Below are positions 49,801 through 63,800 of a stretch of DNA of 64,000 nucleotides, piece after piece. The stretch's first letter is position 1. Every line of letters begins with the position of its first letter. The notes under the pieces were generated by a model. That model had not been told where the DNA came from. It did no database searches and saw nothing but the letters and a program-made list of their open reading frames with translations. Both the position numbers and the translations under genes were made by a program. This DNA comes from Pelomyxa schiedti (lineage: Eukaryota; Protista; Evosea), in assembly GCA_020536535.1 (NCBI GenBank), contig JAHLWZ010000828.1, positions 34,799 through 98,798 of the forward strand. The letters are read 5' to 3'.

Positions 49801-51981
49801 CTCTCTCCCGCTGCTCTCAACTTAGAGAGGCTGCATGCCAATGGAGAAACATCCGCCAAGGAACCAATCCTCCTTATTACAACACTTGGCGCAGATCCCT
49901 CCCAAGATTTGGAGGAGGTTGCCGGAAAACACTCTCCCACAAAAAAATTCACCTCGGTAACTGTTTCGTTTATTTCCACTATTCTCAAGTCTGTTGTAGA
50001 TTCCCATGGGACAGGGACAGCAAGACCGCGCCCTTGCTACACTTGTATCCTCAATGAAAACGGGAGACTGGGTCATACTCAAGAACCTTCACCTTGCAGT
50101 GTCCTGGCTACCTGTACTAGAGCAGGAATTGAAATGTGGGGATGTTCACCCTGACTTTAGGTAGCACCGACTGTGGGGAAACTCTTGAAACTAAATACAA
50201 ATTAGATTGTGGTTAACAACAGAACCTCATGACAAATTTTCTACTATCCTTTTGCAATCATGCATGAAAATCACCTTCGAAGCACCCCCAGGTACACTTT
50301 TATTACCCAAACGATCTTATTTGCATTAGGCATAAAGAAAAATCTTGAGCGAACATATGGTAGTTGGTCTCCAGAGTTCATCCGCCAAGGAAGCATCCTG
50401 CGTGCACAGTGTCTGTTCACACTTGCATGGTAATTTGGACTGAGTTTTATTTTTGCCATAAAGGTTTCAAATTAGGTTCCATGCTATCATACAAGAAAGA
50501 AGAAAGTACATCCCACAAGCTTGGACTAAGTTCTATGAATTCAATGAAGCCGACCTTCGAGCAGCAACAGATGTCATTGACCGACTTGCTCAAAATCAGG
50601 TTTATAGTTATCCTCTTGAGTTTTACTTAGTGCACCAGGATCAATTCATGCAAGAAACAAAGAATTGGGCTTCTGTTCATGGGTTATTAGAAAACGCAGT
50701 TTATGGAGGGAGAGTAGATAATACCTTTGATTTCAAAGTACTACAAAATTACCTTCGTATGTATTTTTGCACAGATTACCTCAGTAGCTCAGGCCCATTG
50801 AAGCCGCTTGCTCCAAATGTACCTTTGCGTTTTCATAGACAATTACTTTTTTGTGAATCTAAGTTCTAATCTCAGGTGAACATTCCACAGTCAGCAAACC
50901 ACGCTGATTACCTTCGTGTTATCAGTGCTCTTCCTGTAGTCGGAGATCCTGTCACATTTTCTCTTCCGCATAATATTGATCGATCTCAGCAAAGAACAAA
51001 CAGCAGTCATGTTTTAAGACAACTCAAAAGCATGGCTTCTGCCTCCGGAGTAACAATGTTATTCTCCACGTGGAAAGATAGGTTGAACCCAATTGTTAAA
51101 CTTTGGCGAACATTGACAAAGGTTTACACCTCTTACTCTTTTCAAGCCTCTCACGTTTGATAGGATTGCAGAGATTTCCTCAATCCTCTTTCCGTTCCCA
51201 GTGACTCCAGTGCTTCCCCTATTGACGCATTTGTCATCATGCAAGCATCTTCCGCCCGTGCTTTATTGCAGCATGTAGATAATGATGTCTCCAACATAAA
51301 TGAGTATATCATGGGACGCATACCACTTTCTGCCGAAATACATGCCCTTGGTACTAGCTTGCTCCTCGATCACGTACCAGAATCCTGGGAATCAAAATGG
51401 GATGGAGGCCCTACTGAAGCAGTCTTGTGGGTACGAGTACTAGTTCAAAAAACATCCGCAATACAAGGGTGGATGAAAAATTGTCTTGCTGGAACGCTAC
51501 TCAGCTGGCCCCTTAACCTCAATGATTTGTTTCATCCCTCAACTTTTGTTGATGCCCTATGCCAACAAACAGCCCGTTCCAGTATGTACATAACCAAAAA
51601 CCTAACCGAGTTAATTCTTCAACAGTGAGACGCACTCTCGATACTCTTACACTTGTGGCAACTTGGACCAAAGTTCCATCCATCTCCACGCCATCAGCCA
51701 CCATCTCAGGGATGCTACTGCAGGGCTGTACCATAGATTCCTCTGGCCGGCTAGTTGATGCAGAGGCCACAGCCCCAGAACTCGTTCCAACTCCGGCCTT
51801 GACCTTATATTGGCTTCCTGCCGAAACTCCATCACCTTATGCCGGGACTATGACCGTTGATGTTCCAGTCTACCTGAATTTGCAGAGAGAGAAGCTGGTT
51901 ATGACCCTATCGCTGCCTTGCACAGGCACGAAGGAGAAATGGTGTATAGCTGGTGTGGCACTTTTCCTCAGTGAGGTGTAG
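35071..51981 (+). CDS. DYNC2H1: Cytoplasmic dynein 2 heavy chain (retrograde IFT motor, DHC1b)
   Basis: [20 protein letters not shown]; [15 protein letters not shown]...[12 protein letters not shown]; [24 protein letters not shown]; [12 protein letters not shown]; GPSGCGKS; GPEGCGKS; GKSGVGR; C-term [13 protein letters not shown]...PC...W..AGVALFL typical of dynein-2. Confidence 0.95.
43434..43475 (+). other. GC-AG intron in dynein heavy chain
   Basis: The conserved peptide [17 protein letters not shown] is restored only if gcaggc...aacag (42 nt, contains in-frame TGA) is removed. Confidence 0.75.
43759..43802. repeat. 44-nt poly-C homopolymer in a dynein intron
   Basis: Direct observation; lies between donor gtttct (~43752) and acceptor actag (~43834). 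Confidence 0.9.
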
Positions 51982-52110
51982 AAATGAGCATGGTGTGGAA
52001 ACCGACACCAACGCGAATGTAAATTCCCCCGTTGTTACATAAGGAAACCAAAGAAATTTTGTGCTTCTTAGGGGATAGATGATTAAAGCAAAGTCTTTTT
52101 TTTCCTACTT

Positions 52111-53995
52111 TTAGAACTCCCAAAGGAAAGGTACTGCTGGGAGCCCTTCTTCATTAAATATGTAGCACATTGGCCACTCAGAAAAGATGTACCTGACACC
52201 TGTGACAGTGTGTGACAGTGTGAAGGAGACCTTCAGTCTGATGGATGTGGGGTTTACCTGTATAAATAGTGAGGATTTGGACACGGAAATTGGGCCAACA
52301 TACATAGTAAATATCGGCTTCATACCAGTCACCATTGGATGCTTGCAGTTCGGCTGTGTACCCACACTGTTTTTTGGATACCCCGTCTGGGCATGTAGGG
52401 TCATTGAATACTAGCCCGGATCCCACGCTATCCTTGGCGTATACAACTAGAACTGACGCATCTGGCCCATCGCTTTCCTTTGTGATGCTGGACACGGTTG
52501 GGCCTTCATAAACAGTTGTTGTGTTTCCGTAAAGGAAGTGCTCCACAGAAAGCGCCAGGCGAAGGCCTACATCCTGTTTATCTGTCGGGTGTATGTCCCC
52601 CTTTTTCGTTGGTGAGAAACTACTGTATGCATACAGCACTTTCGTATTACCTGTGGACTTGTTATGTCTCCTAGGTCCACAGCTGAGGCCATTCCTACGT
52701 AGGGCAAAGAAAGAGCCGCTGTCTGAGCGATTCTTTGGTATGGTAGTGCGTCACCAGGGTCACCCTCAATATATGGAGCAAGTTGAACGAAAAAGAATCC
52801 AAATTGGTCGGGTGTTACACCCCACTTTGCGCGCCAATCATTTATCATTGCTGGGAAACTGTTGGAAGTGAGTCAAGTGGGAAAGAAAAGGTAGTATGCA
52901 ATGTGAAAATGAATGGAGATAGCACCTGCACATGTAGCACTCATAATTCCCAGCATTGGATTCTCCCTGATACCAAACGGCACCCTTGACAGTTAAATCC
53001 AGTATTGGCACAATCATTGCGTTCCACAGTACAGATAGCATATTTGGTGGCGTACTGTCTCCACTGTTGCAGTAACTACATACAGCCAAGGCATCGGGGC
53101 TAGACCAGGCTTCGATATATGTACCACCCCAGTTGTCACTGATTAAGCCAATAGGGATTTGCTGCCGATCGAACAGTTCGCGTCCAAAGAACCAACAAAC
53201 GGCAGAGAAATAGGCCCAGCTTGGACCACCAATGGAACCTAGTGGGAGTGGTAAATGAACAGTACTCTCCATAAGTACGGATACTTGCTGAAGCACTCGT
53301 CCATGGTTGAACAATGCTTGCGAATTCATCAAGAGGCACGGTAGAGTAATTGTTTTGTCCCACAGTGAATACTCTGATCATGGGATAGTTATCAGCAGCA
53401 GCTATCTAGTGCCAGAGCAGTGAACACCATTACTCAAGTTATACTCATTCAGGGCGTTAATGTGTTGGATTCAGATTCACACCTCCGCAGCAGCATTCAT
53501 CGAATCACCCACTGTCATTTGCATGTTACTTTGCCCTCCACAAACATAAACATCCCCAAACAGTACATCTAAATAAACTTGTTAGTTCATGGAAAAAACC
53601 CCTCGCCAATTAGGCAACTACTCTCAAAAACCAAACCCCAAACCCAAACAACAAATCAGGTCTCCAACCAAACCAAACAACGCACCCTCCAAAGTTTGCT
53701 TTGCATTTGCGGTGGTGTCCACAACATACACCTCGTGCGCCACAAACGACGCGTCAACGGGGGGCAGCGTCGCCTTCCACTTGCCCGTCCCCTTGTCCGC
53801 CGTCACCGACGCCACCAGCATCTCGTCAAAGTACACCCTGATGGCCCCGCCCGCCGTCGCCCACCCGTATATCGTGGAGCTCCTCGGCGCCGCCTGCATC
53901 ACCATGTGCGACCCAAACGCGTTGCTGATGATGCTGCCGTAGCACCCACCAACAACAACCAACAACGCCACAACCGCCACACACGCCAGAGCCAT
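52111..53995 (-). CDS. SIAE: Sialate O-acetylesterase (SGNH/SASA) family, secreted
   Basis: Signal peptide; ISNAFGSHMVMQ; GGQSNMQ; FSAVCWFFGR...PIGLISDNWGGTYIEAWS; LWNAMIVP...KGAVWYQGESN; FVQLAP; DIHPTDKQDVGLRL. Confidence 0.93.
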
Positions 53996-54133
53996 GGCAA
54001 CTCCAACCCTTGATTTTCGTTTCTTTGAAACGTCGGTTCGTTGGTTTGACTTGATTCGTTTGTTCCCACAGTGAGGTGGAGTATAAATTACACACAACAG
54101 GGGGGACGTTGGGCGCTGGGGTTGGTGGGTGGT

Positions 54134-55553
54134 CTAGGGAAATGCGTCTTGGTTGCAGATGGGGCATCGGTGGTGGTCAGCGAGCCACTTGGCAACACAC
54201 TCTGTGTGGAAGCTGTGCAGGCAGGGTAGAACGCGAACCTCCTCACCATCCTCAAACTCCTCACAGCAGATGACGCACTTCTCACCTTCACCTCCTTTGT
54301 CCCCTGCTTGGAATGTCTTTGTGGGAAGTCCCTCAATAGCTTCGCGGGGAAGCCCACATGACACTTTGCCCACGGTCTCACCCAGCTCCACCAGTTGCTC
54401 ATATGACATGTTGTCCACATCGGGGTCTCTGGCCCGAATGTATCGCCGACGCGGGCGGCGTGCAATATAAGCTGGTGGAGGGGACGGTGTGTGGTCGCTG
54501 TCACCTTCGTCCTCGTCCCTGGCTATTGGCGGAGGTGGGGGTGTGTATTCTTTGACAACTCCTCTGTCTTGGTTAGGTTGCACCACCAGCAAATCTCGGG
54601 CGACAATTCCCAGTTCCTATATTTGTTGTATTATGAGTATGTTGGGGGTTGCTCACAGTTTATGTCATAGAGAAAGACCAAACCTTAAGAGTTACATCCT
54701 TTTGACTTTCGTTTAGTGGCAGTGGTGGGTGGTTTCGTACAAACTGAAACTGCCGAGAGCCATGCAAGATATGCTTTGATACGTGTTCCACCAGTTCCGA
54801 GTATAATGTGTTGGATGGGAACTGGACCACAGTACGAATACCACCAGGGCACATCAGCTTGATTTCACACATGGTTGGAGTAGTGGAATCTGTTTCAGAG
54901 GAAGCAGAAAGAGGAGGAACGGTACTAGCAGGGGCTTCTTGTATTGGTGGAGCGGTTTCTACGGCTACATGATTGCCCTGTTCCGCAGGTGGAGAAGCTA
55001 CAGAACCACTGACAGTGCCAGTTCCACTGCCAGTAGTCGTAGTAGTAGTAGCAGCAGCAGCTAAAGCCTTTGCTGCACGCTCGGCTTTGTCTCGTTGAAC
55101 TTGCTCGTGCAAAATAGCGCGCTGCCTTGCAGCTGCCTCACGTTCTCTTTTAGCTTCTTCTTCCTCTTTGGCAAGCTGGCGTTTACGGAACGCTTCACGC
55201 TCTTCCTCACGCTTTGAACGTTCCACTTCCCTGATACACATATTTAAGTTAATTAATTAATTAATTTATATCACTACCTTGGATTGACTGCCGCGACTGC
55301 CGGAAGTACAGGCGGAGCTGTCACCACAGGCGCTGTTGCCTTAACTTCCTCTTTGGGAGCAGTAACTACACCAGACATCACCCTATCTGCCATAAGCAAC
55401 CCGGCAAACTACGGTGGTAAAAACGAACCTGTCAATCGCCCTCGCGACATCATTGTGGCACAACTCAAGCGCCCTTTCGCTGGCAGCCGGATCGAAACCC
55501 ATCTCCACCATTTGCACAAGCAACACTGGATCTGCCGTTTCTCCCCCAGACAT
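54134..55553 (-). CDS. UBA - coiled coil - UBX - RING-H2 protein
   Basis: UBA QMVEMGFDPAASERALELCHNDVARAID; coiled coil; UBX CEIKLMCPGG...VQFPSNTLYSEL...FQFVRNHPP...DVTLK|ELGIVARDLLVVQ running in-frame into DNMSYEQLVELGE...CVICCEEF...LPCLHSFHTECVAKWL...CPIC. Confidence 0.85.
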
Positions 55554-55577
55554 GGTACTCCTCCCCCCGGAGTTTAG

Positions 55578-57159
<1,582 letters not shown>

Positions 57160-57228
57160 GACAAGGGTGCATTTGGGGAGTAAGAGGAGGTTCCAAATTT
57201 TTGCACATAAGAGAAATTGTTTTTTGCT

Positions 57229-59036
57229 TCATATTATTGGGTTTAGTGACAACACCAGTTTTTCAAGAGAATGAGACGACACATCGATAAGTAGCACCAT
57301 GTGGGTTTGGGTAAATTCAGGTACTGAGACTATCCAGGTGCCACCTGAACCACATTAGTTTTTAAACACAAGTAAAGGTTGATACATGGGAGTCGCTTAT
57401 TGTCAGAACAAGTTCCCTGGCAACCGGCAAAAAATACATTTGGTGAATGCTCCAGTAGGAAAGGGTCCTGGTCCAGAGGTAAAGACGGACACTGAACTTG
57501 AGTTGAGTGGAAATGGAGGTGAGACAGATAGGAACATAGAAGGGAACAGTCGGCATCATATGGCGCATGTTAATCATTGTCTCCATGACATCTACAGTGC
57601 TGTCAAGGTGAGACCTTTCTTTGAAGGTTGAAACGTTCTGGCCCGATGTTCCATACCACCTGTATAAAAGTTGGTATAGTATTTGAAAAATACAGTCCTA
57701 CCGCTCATTCTCGATGACTAAGGAGTAGGGATTGGCAACGAAATGGACAGTCTCTTTGGCAGTCTTGGGGAACAAGAACCTGCCAGGCATGAATATTAAA
57801 CACTGTGTTCACACTACAGTTTCAAAGGAGGTTGCGGCACAGCTGATAGCGTTGGATCCGCCTGGCCTGGCATTATATCAACGTGTAAGGAAACTCCCAG
57901 ACGGGAAAGGAAGATCTCGAAGTTCCTAAGAGACTTCACATAACCGTCACCAAAATCTCCTTGTATTGCCTGGGGTTTTTTTGTTTTGTTTTAGAACAAG
58001 AAAGTCTAGTCAGTTCCAAACCATTGGATCAATGCAACCTCCAGCTATTATAAGTTTCGAGACTGAAGATGCCATCTCTTGATCCTTGAAAAAGTAGGTA
58101 CAACTGGAAGCAACTTCAACCCATAACGCCACCTCACCTGTGTCGTGCCACATAGCATGTTTATCCATTCTATTAATAGTTCTCTTTCCGGACTCTCTTT
58201 ATCAGATACATATATACCAGAAATTAATAATATGAGATTCCTTTGCCTTGCTATTGGATGTTACCAATAGGCATCGTAGAAAAGCATAATACTTGGTGAG
58301 TAAAGTAAAGGAGCACTGAAAATAGGTGCAGGGCCAGGGAAAAGAATTCGGTGAATAACAAGGCGTTCCTCAATAATTTCACCACAGACTCCCACCACCA
58401 TCCCCGTGAAAAGATCTCCACAGAAACGAAACTCATCAACTCCAGAATCTGGGTTCAAAACACGGCATGGCACCTTACCAGCAGAAGAATACACCAGTTC
58501 CAAACTCCCCGAGTTGTCCTCCAATAGCATAGGTGGTCGCAGAACAACCATTTTTCGTTTGGAGTAGTACGCTTCCAGGTCTTTCTAGGCGAAGAAAAGG
58601 AGAAGTTCAAGTAGCAAGCAAATCACTCACGTCAAGTTGCGAGCAAGACTCGGGGTCGAGTATTGACACTGAACCAATGACCATCACCAACGAGATCTCG
58701 CCCAATCTCTTCTCTTGGGGTTGTCCCCTTCCGTCTCTCCCGTAAACGCGACTGCGAAAAAGCGACCACGCATCAGCAAGCTCCGCACACGGCACGTAAC
58801 CCTCCCCCAATAACACTTTAGATGTGTCGCAATACCGCCGCCAGATCCCCGCCTTGATGCGCTCGTATCGGTCACGTGTCAACGAGGAAAAATCCTATTT
58901 TGAGGGTTTGTGCTGGGCGAACAACAACAACTTGGGAGCACTAGACTGCATCACTTACTACCACCATATCCTATCGTTTGCATACCGCTCCCCATAATCT
59001 CGGGGTTACGGGCTCCAGCTGTTCCTTCTTCGCCAT
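57229..59036 (-). CDS. POLD2: DNA polymerase delta subunit 2 (B subunit)
   Basis: LEDNSGSLEL...LFTGMVVGVCG; DIMPGQADPT..AVPQPPL; ANPY; GTSGQNV; RHMMPTVP; SPNVFFAG; VSVPEFTQTHMVLLID. Confidence 0.85.
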
Positions 59037-59159
59037 CGCTTTCTCAGTTCGGAAATCTGAGTAAGAACATGGGAATTCCTACTTGTATCTCTCTCGACGG
59101 AACAACTAAACAAAACAAAACTTAAAGCACGACGATCGGAGCGGCGAAGGGGCACGAGA
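59037..59159. promoter_or_regulatory. Putative bidirectional promoter between POLD2 and DUF1848
   Basis: Head-to-head ATGs separated by 123 nt; position-based inference only. Confidence 0.45.
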
Positions 59160-60759
59160 ATGAGCCACAAGTGGAACATGAACGACTACTTTAGCAACAG
59201 TAGCACCACAAATAGTAGCGGAGGCGGGGGAGGAGGAAGGGGCTCTTCGTGTGGCGGACGAGGAGGCGGCAAGGGCAAATTGACACCAATCCCCGGCTTG
59301 GTTGCCAAACAGAACCAACAGCAGGCCAATGCTTCCACTTCTGGATCTGGATCTGGCTCCGCTTCTGCCACGGCCACGGCCACGGCCACCACTCCGGCGA
59401 CGGCGACTGGATCTACGGCGGAGACTACGTGTACTTCCGGATCTGCGACAACAAGTACTACTACAAGCAGCACATGTGCTTGCAACACAGCGGCGATTCC
59501 CATGTCTGACGTCCAAGTCATATCTTGCTCACGTAGGACTGACGTACCTGCGTACACTTCTTTCGTGTTGGGGTTTGTTGGCGCTTACGCGGGAGTAGGT
59601 TCTATATGAAGTGGTTGTGTGAAAGACTCAGAGAAGGGTTTGCTGATGTGGAGCATGGCGCCACTGTCACCAGGATAAATCTTTCCCCAGCTGTAGTTAG
59701 ATCCTTCGTCTGGTGTGTGGCTTTTCTGAACAAGCTGGTGAATAAAGAATTCCCTATCATCCAGGTGGTCAAAGGACTATGCGCCGTGGATTGACTGCTA
59801 TAATGACCCAACAACTGGCCCACTTCTTAAACAATACGATGCCCACTGCTTCAACTTCACTGTAAATTCACCCTCAGAACTGGAGCCAGGAATACGTCAC
59901 ACACTTGAACAACGCCTCGAGCAGTTAGCGAAGTTAGTCAGCTTCTATGGGCCTGAGAGGTACAGTTTGTTTTTTTTCCCTTTTTGAAGCATTAATCGCG
60001 GTTAGCATAATTTTACGGTTTGACCCGATTGTACTATATAGGAAAAAGGGAGACAGCACTCGCTATGATAACTTGTCTCATTACCCCCAAGTACCTCAAG
60101 TAAACTATGATCAGCCTAATGTATATATAGATTTGTGCGGCTGCCGGGGCTCTGGGAATTAAATTTATAGTGTTTGCGTTTTGCATCCCTTACAAAACTG
60201 TTGTTCCAAGGGTATAGTCAAATGCTTCATGTTCAGGAAACTAACTTGCCTAGATGGCTTCACTGGGATTTGAGCTTATTGCTCCTTCCATTGTCGAGAA
60301 AAAGCACATCATTTCTTCCATGGCAGAGATTGCAGGATCGCATGGGGTATCCTTCCCTTCCCCCTTTTTTCACTTCCACTCAAAGTCGTACATAGATTTC
60401 TTTGAGAACGTGTTGTGGTCCTGATCTCATTGGGTTCGCAGGGATTACAAAAAGCAGGTATGACATCAAGACCTAATCAACCATACTGAGTATGCTTCCC
60501 AGTTGTGTAAATGGAGACCAAGTTTCTGATGTATTAAAACTGAGAGGAAAAGCGCCGCTGACAACAGAACTGAAAGATCCTCATCAACGAACAGAGTGTG
60601 GTTGTACTAAGTCTACCGATATTGGCAGGTAATATCTGTTTGTCAAACAAATGCACTTTAATTTTCTCAAGTTATGCCTTGGAATTTGCATGTGGGCACA
60701 AATGTTTGTACTGCTATGCCAACCCCCTAAACCGCAACTCCCAAGCAGATTTATTTTAG
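59160..60759 (+). CDS. DUF1848-family protein (radical-SAM-like C-terminal CxxxCxxC) with G/S/T-rich N-terminal extension
   Basis: Spliced VISCSRRTDVPA|FYMKWLCERLREGF; FVWWSKDY; FNFTVN...LEPG; LRFDPIV; KDPHQRTECGCTKSTDIG|SYALEFACGHKCLYCYAN; stop TAG 60757-60759. Confidence 0.88.
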
Positions 60760-60825
60760 TGGGATTTTTCTCACAGACCTTAATAAAAGCTGCTTTGAAA
60801 AAAAAAAAAGAATGTCTTTTGAAGG

Positions 60826-63800
60826 TCATGCAGAAAACAAATACAGAAAAAGGAGAGAAAGGGAGTAGAGGATTGGTGCATAGTTGGTGGCTTGTGTGGA
60901 ACAGCCTGACACGCTCAAGTGTGTTGGTGACGATTGGGACTGTGGGTCGGATTGGGAGAAGAACAGGGACATTGAATGAAGTTGCGACTCAGATTGTGAT
61001 TGGGACCGCGACTGCGGCTGAGAATCCGAGTGCGATTGCGACTGTGACTGGGATTGGGATTGGGAATTGGATTGGGACTGAGAGTGGGAATGGGAGTCCG
61101 AACGTGAATAGGACTGCGACTGCGACTGTGACTGTGACTGTGAATGAGAATACGACTGGAGATTGGAATGGGAGTGTGACGGTGACTGCGACTGCGACTG
61201 TGAATGTGAATGTGAACGTGACTGGGAGTTTGAATGCGACTGGGACTCGGAACCTGAATCTGTGAAGAACGGTTCAATACAGTCGGTCAAGGGTATTATG
61301 GGTAACCTGATTGCTGGAAATCCATTGTTGTGTCAATGACGACCACATAACATGCAGCCCAATCAATGGAATCCAGGTTAAACGAGCTGGATCTGGATCC
61401 TGAATTTACCAGAATATTTGTTGCATTCATGCAAGTGGTTAGGGGTTCATAGTAACAGTCCTGTGAAAGAGTGAAAAGCAGCCTGAAGTTAAACGTAAAT
61501 ACTGAGTCATTTACAAGTCCACAATTGCGAGGATCCGGGGTTACACCATCTTGTTTAGAGTGGGTGAAAATTGGGGTTTTTGACTGTTCATACCACTTCG
61601 GAACCAACCATTCTCCCACTGATACCAATTAGCACCAACAGTCCAAGGTAAATTAAACAAGGTTTGAACTATGTTAGTATAGCCCTCACCTCTTTGTTTC
61701 TGTTCAACATCAATCTTTCTGGAACGACCAGGGAATTACCTGGTAATCTACGGTATGTGACCGCCACCTCTCCACCGGCAACCCTAATACTATTATTCAA
61801 ATTGCCAATTCTCACAAACCTGCATCAACAGCTAGTGATAGGGTAAGAAGCGTATTTGTACTTGGTAAAAATGGGAATAAATACCAGCAAGCCCAAATTC
61901 GCCTATGATGATTGGTTTTCCTTTTGAAAGTTGGGTAGAAAGAACTGAAAGCTTAGGAAAGAAAAACCTGGTTTCTCAGAAAATATCTCGTAAGCTTCCT
62001 GTAAGTATTCTCTACTGTATGCCGTCCGTTCTCGGTTATATAAAGGATACATGTTTACCTTTGTAGAGTGATCTCTCAAGTCATAACTAATTCCTTACTC
62101 CAATAACGTCAAAAACATTATAGACATCATAGACTCTCTTAAGTTGGTCACTATAGAAACTTGGTCCTAAGAATAAATCAGAGGGAAAAAGTATGGTCCC
62201 TATTACTATTTTTCTATACCTGTGTAAGCAAGCCTATTGGAAATTATTGGTTTAGGTTTCGCCCCAATTTCGGATTCCCTGTCACGAATTCGCTTGACAA
62301 CAGTGGAGGCATATTTCTTGTGTATGACTCGCTCAAATGCGTACAAGTCATCCAGAACCCGAGTGTCATTGAAATGATGAATAGTTGGCTTGACTGACCC
62401 AGTACGAATTTCATCAAAGGAGCCATAGGAATATATAAACCACCCTGAGGAAGACCAAGCGGTATTCAATTCGGCTATTGTCTTGTAAGTGCCATGAGGA
62501 GGAGCTTCAAATCCTGTCCAGTCACCAATCCCCTAGTCATTGTTACCTCAGAGGTACCGAAAATAAAATAAGCAGAAACTTGAAGCCAATTTACGAAAGC
62601 TTGGCTTGCTGCTGGACTCCACAGATACTCCCACAAATTGTCACACTAAAATTCGATATTAAGTGGACACAGACTTGTAGATATTTTACCTCTATCTCAT
62701 TATCTGTCCAATAGCCCATGCATTCCGTGCAATCTACGCCAGTCCAACTGTCAATATCTTGTGCTGCAAGGATGGTAAAGTTTTGCCAGCCTTCATCAAA
62801 GGGGTCTACTTCCCGTAAGGGATATTAAGTACAATATGTTGTGTTAACCTGAGAATTGATGACTGCATCCACCTCCAAGTGTGTTCCCTGAACTGTCTGC
62901 CAGAAGCCTTTTTTCCCACCCCCAAGTGGTTGGTTGTTGTTTGTGGTTGTTATATGTTGTCGTTATCACCATGGTGGGTCACAAGGGCTCTCGGAGCCGA
63001 AATCTAGGAATTATCACTGCCATATCACAATCCATCACACTTACCCAACCAAGTAAGAGAGTTTTCTGTGTTAGAATCAACTGATGATTTCACTCCTGAA
63101 TTGAAGTTTAAGTCTACCTTGGCTCGATACTATGGTATCAATGAGACATAGATTTTATTTACTCCATATACCTTTCTTTCATTGGTATAGTCAGCTTGTT
63201 GTTCAGGGGGAATGCTAGCATAATGGTACGGATTTTCATTTTCATCGATTCCACCATACGTACCAGTGGGCCATAAGACAGTACTAAAATTGTGCCCCCT
63301 GCCGGGTACAAGGAACCACCACACCCCATCTATCTATTAATCTGTTAAACAATCGTTATGAATGAGTCGTCGAACCTTCGAAACAGAGTAATTATCCGTC
63401 GCTGTTGGTTTGGGGGAATTTCCAACAATAGGAGGAGGCTACGTGGCGTTAGAAAAAAAAAAGTATTTCCTTGGCGCAAATACATTGTATTTGTCCAACT
63501 TACTGACAAGTTCGTACTCGGTGTCATTAAGTTGATACACAAAAACATCATCAAACCAAATATGTCCTTGACTGAAGAGAATGAGAGGGAAAAATAAAGG
63601 TTGTTATAAAATCACCTGTTATCCAAGTTGAGGGAAATGGAGAAAGTAGAGGCATTTACATCTAATTGTTCCATAATGAAATTGAACTGTATCCTATTGT
63701 TGAAGGTAATTGAAAGACTTGTTGAATTTGCACAAAACCAAACAGTTGAGTTATTTAAGCCGAATCTATCCGAGTCCTTGTTGGTACCGAATTTTACTTG

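Noticed and set aside
59106-59598. Arg-rich and other overlapping ORFs around the DUF1848 first exon
   Set aside because: Frame and antisense shadows of the G/S/T/A low-complexity leader; only one frame leads into the SRRTD motif.
60347-60395. Intron donor GTATCCTT matching the U12 consensus (similar GTATCCTC near 43087 and GTATCTTT near 22613)
   Set aside because: No convincing TCCTTAAC branch point, and one such match among the many introns here is plausible by chance.
60651-61277. Thr/Val-repeat + strand ORF (60651-61265) and Pro/His minus ORF (60915-61277)
   Set aside because: Alternative frames of the same hexamer repeat. Only the SQ frame links by a canonical intron to upstream exons and ends in a GPI-like signal.
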